The notes under the pieces: model-generated
What the model saw: the letters and a program-made list of their open reading frames with translations, nothing else
What the model was told of the DNA's origin: nothing
The model's database searches: none
Part shown: positions 16,018 to 27,769 of the stretch, in pieces
Position numbering within the stretch: position 1 is the first letter of the stretch
How the letters are laid out: the number at the start of each line of letters is the position of its first letter
DNA from: Eledone cirrhosa
Lineage: Eukaryota
Direction of reading: 5' to 3'
Assembly: GCA_964016885.1 (NCBI GenBank)
Contig: OZ024746.1
Coordinates: forward strand, 36,642,001-36,706,000
DNA: 64,000 bases
Program-made: the position numbers and the translations under genes

Positions 16018-16208
16018 CGACGGCAGAGCTCAAGCCGTTTCGACGGCTATTTTTCGACAGAAATAGCCGTCCAGAAATAGCCGTCGAAACGGCTTGAGCT
16101 CTGCCGTCGGGGTCATACATTTTCATATTACCCACTCTACTACCCTAAGTATTGAGTACTCCGGTGCGTTATGGTCCATCTGGTTCCTTACCACAACTCC
16201 TTTGTTAT
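16018..16208 (+). mobile_element. Ultra-short hairpin insertion of the 45.5-kb PLE family 3' end
   Basis: cgacggcagagctcaagccgtttcgacggctattt is mirrored, then followed by the family tail ...ccttaccacaactcctttgtta. Confidence 0.85.
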
Positions 16209-16499
16209 ATATATATATATATGTGTGTTTGTGCGTGTGCGTGTGTGTGTGTGTATGTATGTATATTTGTATATATATATATACATATGCATGAAGAGAG
16301 GAATATATATATGTAATATTAAAGATACTATTTATAGTTATGTATATACTATATTATAAACAACTATAAACAGGGAAGGTCAGTAATTTATTACTACCTC
16401 ATTACCAGTAAGAGAAATAGCTCAATGTAAGAACATCAGTTGTTTTACGGAGCAGTAATATAGAATACATAAGTATAAAAGTTATGTTTAAAACACTTA

Positions 16500-16550
16500 A
16501 TCGCTGACAATTGTTTCTTCCAAACTTAGGCTTGACTTCCTCGGAGTATT
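16500..16550 (-). ncRNA. HHR variant with core CCGAGGA (left-arm copy, stems partly decayed)
   Basis: Minus strand ct-CCGAGGA-...ttggaa-GAAA-CAATTG-TC-agcgat. Confidence 0.6.
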
Positions 16551-17736
16551 ATCAATGTTTGTACATATAATTAACCTCCTATTCAACTGAAGAATCATAC
16601 AGATACATATATATATTGATACTGTGGACAACAGTTTCATGTTTAGAGTGTGGAATGGATGCGAAATATATTATATTATACGATAACTTTACAATAATTC
16701 AAATTAATATTAACATTAAAATTAAAATTAAAATTAAAAGCATAGGGTGGAATACATGCGTCAGATAATACAGATAATACAAGAGAATAGTCTAATAATT
16801 AAATTAGAGAGATAGTACATGCGTTATTCATATATAAAAGAATGGAACAAGCCAATGTATCATGCATATATGAGTACTGTATGGCAGGGTATTACATAAA
16901 ATACAAGCATGTTAAGCGAATATGTTAGTGTATTATGGCGGAAGCAATGCGAGGATAGTTTCTGTATAGTTGAAATTGTTATGTGTGTAGAATATGAAAG
17001 TTACAAATTTCACATCCATTACATAAGTTAAGATATATTTGTATTGAATATTTGTTATAGTAATGGATCGTAACTTGGTGTTATTTAATCCATATTTATG
17101 GATTAGAGTTATTTAACTGCGAGAATGTTCAACGATTTACTATCCGGAAGTGTATATGGAATTAAGGGGAGCTAATGCGTAAGGGGAGGTAACTAGCTCA
17201 TTATAATAATTAAATTCCTTGCTCTAATAGACATATAGTGCCATAATTGAATTCTTTATACAAAATGTTATATATTTATATTTTGTTTTAAATACAGTTT
17301 ACTCTCTCATAATATATTAAAGGTTTCATTAGATTGTTGACTACACAATATTTGGTAAGATATGGAATAACGTATAGCTGTTTGCATGATAAATTAGATA
17401 CATCTCTTGAGTAAATGAAATAATCATTTATATAAAATGTTATTAATTTATACATCTAATTATAAATGTATATATAATTCATTGTTCCATATTACATTTA
17501 AGTTAGATAAATGTATTATCTGTATTATCTGACGCATGTATTCCACCATATGCTTTTAATTTGAATTTGAATTTGAATCTTAATTTGAATTATTGTACAA
17601 TATCTAGTATAATATAATATATATCGCATTCATTCCACACTGTAAACATGAAACTGTTGTCCACAACATCAATATATATATGTATATGTATGATTCTTCA
17701 GTTGAATAGGAGGTTAATTATATGTACAACATTGAT

Positions 17737-17787
17737 ATTGCTCCGAGGATTCCAAGCCTATATTTGGAAGAAACAATTGTAAGCGAT
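17737..17787 (+). ncRNA. HHR variant with core CCGAGGA
   Basis: ATTGCT-CCGAGGA-TTCCAA-loop-TTGGAA-GAAA-CAATTG-TA-AGCGAT; all three stems pair. Confidence 0.75.
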
Positions 17788-17819
17788 TAAGTATTTTAAA
17801 TATGACTTTAATACTTGTG

Positions 17820-17864
<45 letters not shown>

Positions 17865-18214
17865 GGTGTGTATACATGTGTGTTTACCTGTTTAAATCTG
17901 ATGATTTGTAATTTAGTATTCTACATATAATACTGGTATTGTCTCCTGTCTCTGTTGAGTTAGATTACAAATATGTATTTATATAAAATTTATCTTAAAT
18001 TTCTAAATGTCATTACTTTAATTCTTGAAATTTATGCCGGACAATACCAATGATTAGATGGAAAGTTGTTTTCTCTTTTTAACGGATGTAAATATTTATA
18101 GATTTTGGATATCAAACGATAACCACTAATTGCTGTTATTTTGTACGATCAACTGAAGTCTATAGTAGACGGTGATGATGGAGCTGTTGGTAATTAGGGC
18201 GACGACGCATACGA

Positions 18215-18355
18215 TAATGATGAGGATGATGAGAAGGAGGGGGAGGAGTGGGAGGAGGAGGAGAAGGAGGAGGAGGAAAGAAGGAGGAAAGTGATGAGAT
18301 AATGATGATAATGATGATGATGATAGTGATGATGATGATGATGATGATGATGATT
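18215..18355. repeat. (GGA)n/(GAT)n trinucleotide tract
   Basis: Direct reading. Confidence 0.9.
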
Positions 18356-18529
18356 ATGAACAGATTCCTGCGCAGCAGAAACCAACGGCAGGCCGATGTC
18401 AAAGTAGTATCTCACCGGAAAATTTCAAGTATTAATGACTTGGAAAAATACTTGATTCAGATAAATGTCTATCTATGCGTATGTATGTTAGTGAGCTCCT
18501 GTGTGCGCATGTGTGTTTATGATGCCCAA

Positions 18530-18964
18530 TATAGGTCTGTTATTTTCTTAATTCTTCTTAATTTAATATTTAAAGTTAAGGATAATAAAACTATATTGCT
18601 GTAGTTAGTATTTTTTTCCCCCTAGCAAATTTGGTCCTTACGATTCGAACACATGAATGTTGTATATTCGTGTTCATCTCTCTTCTTTATTAAATTATAT
18701 TGTACGGCTCGGAAAAAGCTTTTTTTTCAGAGCTATTTAATTATAAAAGACAACCCTGAGTTCTTAACTCAATATATATTTGTTGGCTCCATCATGTAGA
18801 TTTGTATTGTCCTGTCAGCCAGCCTGCTATTTTTCGCGGCAGGGAATTTCGAGTCGAGATGGGTCCCGAATAACACGTGCGATAATTCATATCGTACACA
18901 ATTAATTCTCTAATATGTTTAGAAGTGAAAGGATCACTAATTTCTCAACAACTACTGCGGAGCA

Positions 18965-18965
<1 letters not shown>
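18530..18965 (+). mobile_element. Diverged copy of the 26.7-27.5-kb repeat family
   Basis: ttggtccttacgattcgaacacat...tacggctcggaaaa and ttagaagtga..actaat are shared with 26850-26940 and 27205-27235. Confidence 0.65.
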
Positions 18966-19011
<46 letters not shown>

Positions 19012-19048
19012 AATATATATATATATACATACATATATATAGATATGG

Positions 19049-19088
<40 letters not shown>

Positions 19089-19150
19089 ATAATAATATTA
19101 TAATAAAGTAACGGGAGGCGGGACTTGTGTAAATCCTTGAAAGGTTTGTT

Positions 19151-19208
19151 ATACTATGATCATTTCAATGACCGGATTCCGTATGAATCCGGTGATATCA
19201 TCAGGTAT
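19151..19208 (-). ncRNA. Type I hammerhead ribozyme
   Basis: Minus strand ATAC-CTGATGA-tatc-ACCGGATTC-atacg-GAATCCGGT-catt-GAAA-TGATCA-TA-GTAT. Confidence 0.8.
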
Positions 19209-22019
19209 TCGAAATATAATAAATGAATGTAACAGATAAAATCCATGGGGCTGAAAATCATATACCCAAGGACGACCAACATCTAGCATCTTCCACTTTA
19301 GCCGGTCGCCCTCAAGTGCAGCCCATTCGGCCTACTTAAGGCCATCTGGTGAGGGGGATAAAGCTTATAGTGTGCTAATAACCTGCCGGTCTAATAGAAG
19401 AAAATTAGAAAGGAAGAGGAAGGAAAGTCACCGTTAATGTCATGCTACAAGGAAGAAGAAGAAAAGTCAGCGTTAATGTCATGCTGCAAGAAAATAGACA
19501 GATAGAAAGGTGAGGAAAAGTCTGTATTAATGTCATGCTACAGTCAGGCCAGGAATGCCGCGAAAAAAGTTATTCTAAAGGACCTGTATCTTAACAGAGG
19601 TATATATTATAACAGAGGTAAATATAGTGGGGGTCTGCATGTTATAATGTGTGAGCAGAAGATTGGAACGTTAATTTTTTGTTTAGATTTATGGGATGAA
19701 TTTAAACAAATTTAAGATTAACATAAAATAAAAAAAAATTAGAAAATTGAAAATTAAACAGTTTAAAATGTTTTTAAGGTTTTAGGTTGCGAGGTTTAGT
19801 TAAAGAAAGAGTCTTTTATGAAGAAACTTTAATTGTATTATAGAGTAAAGATATGTCCTTGTTTAGCAGTCAAACAGTATGCGGCGATTGCAGACTCCGG
19901 CCAGCCCAACCTAACCACGTGTCAGCCATTCCGCGTGAGATCGCCTAGCGAAAGATATGGAAATCATTTTTTCCAAGCACTCTAGAAGTAAAGATTATGT
20001 CCTTGTTTAGCAGTCAAACATCATGCAGCGACTGCAGACTCTGGCCAGCCCATCCTAACCACGTGTCAGCCATTCCGAGTGAGATCGCCTAGCGATAGTA
20101 ATGGAAATCAATTATTCCAAGCACTCAAGGAATGTATTTCAGGCTTCAGGTGTCTAGTGGGAAGTCGGCCATCGTCGCTAGGCCATCGTTATACCAAAGG
20201 AGTACTATTAATTTACACAGGAGGGGGATTTGTTTAAGTAGAAGGAGGCCTGATACAGCTAATATTTATGATTAGGCCTAGAATTTAAAGGTACTATATG
20301 GCATTTTTTTGACCGCCATATAGTACCTTTAAATTCTAGGCCTAATCATAATTATTAGCTGTATCAGGCCTCCCTCTACTTAAACAAATCCTACTCCTGT
20401 GTAAATTAATAGTACTCGTTGGTATAACGATGGCCTAACGGCGATGGCTGACTTCCTACTAGCACACCTGAAGCCTGAAATACATTCCTTGAGTGCTTGG
20501 AATAATTGATTTCCATTACTATCGCTAGGCGATCTCACTCGGAATGGCTGACACGTGGTTAGGATGGGCTGGCCAGAGTTTGCAGTCGCTGCTTGATGTT
20601 TGACTGCCAAACAAGGACATACTCTTTACTCTACATCCCACTAGGATAACTTATAGAGGATCTCTATAATACAATTGAAGTTTCTTCATAAAAGACTCTT
20701 TCTTTAACTAAACCTCGCAACCCAAAACCTTAACAATCTTTTTATACTGTTTAATTTTCAATTTTCTAATTTTTTTTATTTTAGAATGTTAATCTTTAAT
20801 GTCTTTAACTTCATCCTATAAATCTAAACAAACATTTAATGTACCAAATTTCTGTCGGACTATTGGGTTGGTTTTCCTAGATGCGGGTCCGGCCTCCTGG
20901 TGCATAGGCCTACCTTGAGTGCTTGGAAAAATAAATTCTTTCGGTAAATGAAATTACACGGAGCGGCTCGATTCGCCCCGCGGCCCGACGCGCAGCCGTT
21001 TTTTGACCGCCATATAGTACCTTCAAATTCTAGGCCTAATTATAACTATTAGCTGTATTATGCCTCCCTCTAATTAAACAAATCCCCCTCCTGTGTAAAT
21101 TAATAGTACTCCTTTGCTATAACGATGGCCTAATGACGATGGCCTACTTCCCACTAGCACACCTGAAGCCTGGAATACATTCCTAGAGTACTTGAAAAAA
21201 ATGATTTATATATCTTTCGCTAGGCGATCTCACTCGGAATGGCTGACACGTGGTTAGGATGGGCAGGACGGAGTCTGCAGTCACTGCATGTTGTTTGACT
21301 GTTAAACAAGGACATAATCTTTACTCTATAATACAATTAAAGTTTCTTCATAAAAGACTCTTTCTTTAACTAAACCTCGCAACCCAAAACCTTAACAATT
21401 TTTTTAAACTGTTTAATTTTCAATTTTTCTAATTTTTTAATTTTATAATGTTAATCTTTAATTTGTTTAACTTCATCCTATACATCTAAACAAAAAAATT
21501 AACTTTTCAATCTTCTACTCACACATTATAACATGCAGACCCCCACTATATTTACCTCTGTAATAATATATACGTCTGTTAAGATACGGGTCCTTTAGAA
21601 TGACTTTTTTCGCGGAATTCCTGGCCTGACTGTAGCATGACATTAATACTGATTTTTCTTTCCCTTTCTTTCTGTCTTTGTTCTTGTAGCATTTCATTAA
21701 CGCTGACTTTTATTCTTCTTCCTTGTAGCATGACATTACTGCTGACTTTTCTTCCTCTTTCTTTCTGTCTTTTTTCTTGTAGCATGATATTAAGGCTGAC
21801 TTTTCTTCCCCTTCCTTTCTGGTTTTCTTCTATTTGACCGGGAGGTTAGTAGCACACTATAACCTTTATCTCCCTCATCAGATGGCCTTAAGTAGGCCAA
21901 ACGGGTAGCACTTGAGGGCGACCGGCTAAAGTGGAAGATGCTAGATGGTCGGTCGTCCTCGGGTTTATGATTTTCAGCCCCATGGATTTTATCTCTTACA
22001 TTCATTTATTATATTTCAA

Positions 22020-22077
22020 ATACCTGAGGATATCGTCGGATGTATACGGAACCCGGTCATTGAAATGATCATAGTAT
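22020..22077 (+). ncRNA. Type I hammerhead ribozyme (right-arm copy)
   Basis: ATAC-CTGAGGA-...-GAAA-TGATCA-TA-GTAT; stem II partly decayed. Confidence 0.7.
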
Positions 22078-22302
22078 AATAAACCTTTCAAGGATTTACA
22101 TAAGTCCAGCCTCCTGTTATTTTATTATAATATTTAACTCCCTACTCGCACCACCAACTACACAAACGAAGACGGTTGAACTGCTTTACGTTGAGTACTC
22201 TCTATATTATTACATCAATATTGACCATACGGAATTGACCAGCTCTATCTAGTGGTGAACCTTCAAACCTAAATATATACACACACACACACACACACAC
22301 AT

Positions 22303-23734
<1,432 letters not shown>

Positions 23735-23825
23735 GAAGTAACTCCGGTAACTCCGTCGGAAAGGTCCAGGAAAAAAGACTGCTCTATGTAGGTTACAGAG
23801 CTTAATAATTATGTAATAAACAACA

Positions 23826-23922
<97 letters not shown>

Positions 23923-23963
23923 ATATTAAATAAATGGAAACTATATTTATAAAACCATATTTT

Positions 23964-24021
23964 TGTTATTATATATATTTCAAGGGTAGCAAGTTACATT
24001 GGTGCGCTTTCATCAGATAAA
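23964..24021 (-). ncRNA. Type I HHR (left arm)
   Basis: Minus strand tttat-CTGATGA-aagcgcaccaa...ttgctaccctt-GAAA-TATATA-TA-ataac. Confidence 0.7.
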
Positions 24022-24931
24022 ATACAAAGTTTGTTTCATAAATAGAGACATACCCATGAAAATCATACCTTATCGGTTAGAAATTCACTGGATAGTGGAA
24101 ATATGTTAGGGATTGTACAAACTTATGTGTAAATATGCAATTGAATATGTAAATAATTGAAAAACAACCGTTTATTTAAACGACTATGGAGAGAAAAGAG
24201 ACAGGAGGAGTGGATAACATACTGCTAGAGAGAGAGAGAGAGAAGAAAGAAAGAAGAGATGCTGAATAAAGCTCATATAACTTTAATTTGAGGAAAATAG
24301 ATTCTAAGTATATAACTTAATAGTATGTGTATTTACGATTATTAGTTGTTTAACATGTGTTTATAATATAATATTTGTTTCTGTTATAAGTAGATAAATA
24401 AATAAATAAATAAATAAATACATACATAAATAAATAAATATATAAATAAATAAATAAATGGGTATATCATGTTAGAGATAATTGTTCTAATGAGTTATGA
24501 GGGATATTGGGTTTTTGTTTTAATGTATATAATTATTAAGTTAAATTAAATTAAATTAACTGAGTTAATAAACATATTTATATTTATATGATTTAAAATG
24601 GGAATATACGGAAAATTTCATTTATTCGTTAGTGTGAGACTATTTAGTTAAAATATGTATAGATGTTGAAAGATACATTTAGCCAGAATCAATTAGTGGT
24701 TATGAATCTATTCTCTCTATAGCACTATTTTATCCTCCCCTCCTATCTCCTTCTCTCTCTCTCTCCATAGTCGTTTAAATAAACGGTTGTTTTTCAATTA
24801 TATACATATTTATTTGCATATTCACACATAAGTTTGAAAAATCCCTAATATATTTCCACTATCCAGTGAATTTCTAACCGATAAGGTATGATGTCCATGG
24901 GTATGTCTCTATTTATAAAACAAACGTTATA

Positions 24932-24990
24932 TTTTATCTGATGAAAGCGTAGCAATGTGTCTTGGTACCCTTGAAATATATATAATGAAA
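24932..24990 (+). ncRNA. Type I HHR (right arm)
   Basis: TTTAT-CTGATGA-AAGcGTAgCAA..TTGgTACcCTT-GAAA-TATATA-TA-ATGAA. Confidence 0.75.
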
Positions 24991-25127
24991 CAAATCTGGT
25001 TTTATAAATATAGACCCATTTCTTTAATATCATTGAATATTTACTCCAGTAAACTGCTGAGCGCTCTAAATCAGTTATAAACATTTATATTTGATGGACT
25101 TCTCACAAATTAAATACGCCTTCTACT

Positions 25128-25161
<34 letters not shown>

Positions 25162-25262
25162 GATGTATATATAATGTATTTTGCAATACACTTTATGCTT
25201 AATTAAAAGCATTTTGAAGACCGTAAGCTATTGTTTTAAAGTAGTGACAAATTAACTCACTT

Positions 25263-25357
25263 TGATCTCAGCAAACAGGGGAGATAAGCCGACAAGACTT
25301 GTTTCGCTTTGGTTGAAGCTTATCAAGGCCAACTACCCCACCTGTTTGCTGAGATCA
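25263..25357 (-). ncRNA. U3-A8 variant HHR, array copy 1
   Basis: Reverse complement of 26136-26230. Confidence 0.85.
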
Positions 25358-25578
25358 TTGATGTTATATTCTTATAGAAATCTAGTAAATAATCAGGAGC
25401 TGATTATGCAGAGCGGTTGTTGGTCAGGCAGAAATTAAAAATTAGAATTGGAGCTCTGAAATAGCAATATATATATGGATGTATATATAATGTATTTTGC
25501 AATACACTTTATGCTTAATTAAAAGCATTTTGAAGACCGTAAGCTATTGTTTTAAAGTTGTGACAAATTCACTCACTT

Positions 25579-25673
25579 TGATCTCAGCAAACAGGGGAGA
25601 TAACCCGACAAGACTTGTTTCGCTTTGGTTGAAGCTTATCAAGGCCAACTACCCCACCTGTTTGCTGAGATCA
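25579..25673 (-). ncRNA. U3-A8 variant HHR, array copy 2
   Basis: As copy 1, with one stem I mismatch (taacccgac). Confidence 0.8.
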
Positions 25674-26135
25674 TTGATGTTATATTCTTATAGAAATCTA
25701 GTAAATAATCAGGAGCTGATTATGCAGAGCGGTTGTTGGTCAGGCAGAAATTAAAAATTAGAATTGGAGCTCTGAAATAGCAATATATATATGGATGTAT
25801 ATATAATGTATTTTGCAATACACTTTATGCTTAATTAAAAGCATTTTGAAGACCGTAAGCTATTGTTTTGAAGTAGTGACAAATTCACTCACTTTGATCT
25901 GTTTGCTGAGATCAAAGTGAGTGAATTTGTCACTACTTTAAAACAATAGCTTACGGTCTTCAAAATGCTTTTAATTAAGCATAAAGTGTATTGCAAAATA
26001 CATTATATATACATCCATATATATATTGCTATTTCAGAGCTCCAATTCTAATTTTTAATTTCTGCCTGACCAACAACCGCTCTGCATAATCAGCTCCTGA
26101 TTATTTACTAGATTTCTATAAGAATATAACATCAA

Positions 26136-26230
26136 TGATCTCAGCAAACAGGTGGGGTAGTTGGCCTTGATAAGCTTCAACCAAAGCGAAACAAGTCTTG
26201 TCGGCTTATCTCCCCTGTTTGCTGAGATCA
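26136..26230 (+). ncRNA. U3-A8 variant HHR with long stem I
   Basis: TGATCTCAGCAAACAGG..GCC-TTGATAA-GCTT-caacca-AAGC-GAAA-CAAG-t-CTTG-TC-GGC..CCTGTTTGCTGAGATCA; predicted cut after 26202. Confidence 0.85.
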
Positions 26231-26725
26231 AAGTGAGTGAATTTGTCACTACTTTAAAACAATAGCTTACGGTCTTCAAAATGCTTTTAATTAAGCATAA
26301 AGTGTATTGCAAAATACATTATATATACATCCATATATATATTGCTATTTCAGAGCTCCAATTCTAATATATATATATATATATTTAAAAAATTATATAT
26401 ATATTTATATATATATACATGCATGCATCTGTGTATGTTTGTCTATGTGTGTGTATTTCACTTTAATAGATGAGTACGTAAGATTGAAATAATTTCACTG
26501 GGTTGATGTTAAACGTTGAACCCCATCTGCTATTCATTTGTCATCAATTGTTACTAGGTAGAATGCATGTGACCTCTATCCAAATCGGTTGTACAAAACA
26601 CAAACTAAATTCATTCATGCTGCATCATAACAATATCTTTATTTCGGATTAAGATGATGATACACTAACTGGGAATCATTTCACCTGCTCTTGGAGGAGC
26701 TACAAATCTGCCACATCTATGTGCA

Positions 26726-27488
26726 TATGGACAATAGGGTTTGCCAGAATCAATTTAAGAATAAATCAAGAAAATAAATACATTTATTCTTAGATTGAGT
26801 CTGGCAAACCCTATTATCCATAGTCAGTATTTTTTTTCAGATTAGTGAACCTGGTCCCTTACAATTTGAACACATATATGTATATGTCTGCGTTTATCTC
26901 TCTTTTATATTCAATTATGATATACGGCTCGGAAAAATCCCCTTTCCTATAGCTATTTTAGAGTAAGAGACTATTTTGCACATGGTAGTAGAACTTAGCG
27001 TGTCTCACAAACTCACACCACAAAAAATAGCAGCCAAGTTTACACGACAAATTAACGGAGCCGAATATACCTTTCATATATTCGGCTCCGTTAATTTGTC
27101 GTGTAAATTTGGCTGCTATTTTTTGTGGTGTGAGTTTGTGAGACACGCTAAGTTCTACTACCATGTGCGTCATTATATATACGCACACTATTCAATTGTC
27201 TGATATTCTTAGAAGTGAGAAGTTTACTAATGTTAACCCACTGACGAGCAAGAATTGTTAATTATCTTCTCAATTAATTTACGAAACAGCATAGCCAAAA
27301 GATGTATGGGTGATCGGTAGTTACCACAATTCCGGTCCGTATTTATTTTCTTGATTTATTCTTAAATTGAGACTGGCAAACCCTATTGTCCTTAGTTAGT
27401 TTGTTTCCCCTTAGCGAACCTGGTACCTTACGATTTGAACACATATACGTATAAGTCTGTGTTTAGCTCGCATTTATATTCAATTATG

Positions 27489-27492
<4 letters not shown>
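26726..27492 (+). mobile_element. Non-coding HHR element with direct repeats and a central palindrome
   Basis: 26782-26922 repeats at 27355-27492; palindrome 26978-27168; inverted piece 26726-26781. Confidence 0.8.
27236..27311 (+). ncRNA. Type I HHR
   Basis: ACCCA-CTGACGA-G..AATTG..CAATT..C-GAAA-CA...TG-TA-TGGGT. Confidence 0.7.
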
Positions 27493-27521
<29 letters not shown>

Positions 27522-27734
27522 CACTAAGTTATATGCTTCGTTGATGAATATTCGACAGTTATCTTCATAAGAGATATGAATCTATATATATTCCATTGGT
27601 TATTAATACTACAATAACGTATAAATACCTATGCATGCGTAGACGCATTTATATGTCTCTCTTAACCACGGCTTAGAACACACACACATATATATATTTC
27701 TATATGCGTATATATAGATATGTATATACCTATA

Positions 27735-27766
<32 letters not shown>

Positions 27767-27769
<3 letters not shown>

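Larger units (their letters stand above)
16312..17823. mobile_element. Fold-back element with about 320-bp arms, each holding a C4-variant HHR
   Basis: Arms about 16465-16781 and 17512-17823; extra left tail homologous to 48297-48460. Confidence 0.85.
19100..22275. mobile_element. 3.2-kb non-coding fold-back element with a terminal HHR on each arm
   Basis: 19100-20302 is the inverse of about 21010-22130; 20305-20850 is an extra partial copy; right tail 22130-22275. Confidence 0.9.
23917..25128. mobile_element. Fold-back element with about 280-bp arms and terminal HHRs
   Basis: About 23918-24230 is the inverse of 24715-25035; right tail to 25128; (TA)n on both sides. Confidence 0.9.
25162..26368. 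mobile_element. Retrozyme-like 316-bp tandem array, folded back at about 25900
   Basis: Unit starts at 25162, 25478 and 25794; inverted units 25900-26368; copies nearly identical; one HHR per unit. Confidence 0.9.

Noticed and set aside
25497-26312. Duplicated 85-aa ORFs in the 316-bp array
   Set aside because: Start at TTG, lie antisense to the ribozyme, and are repeated only because the unit is repeated; no motif
25162-26368. CRISPR-like array
   Set aside because: Whole units are identical with no variable spacers; eukaryotic context; no cas genes
26958-27203. Mirror-image 75-aa ORFs on both strands
   Set aside because: Artefact of the palindrome
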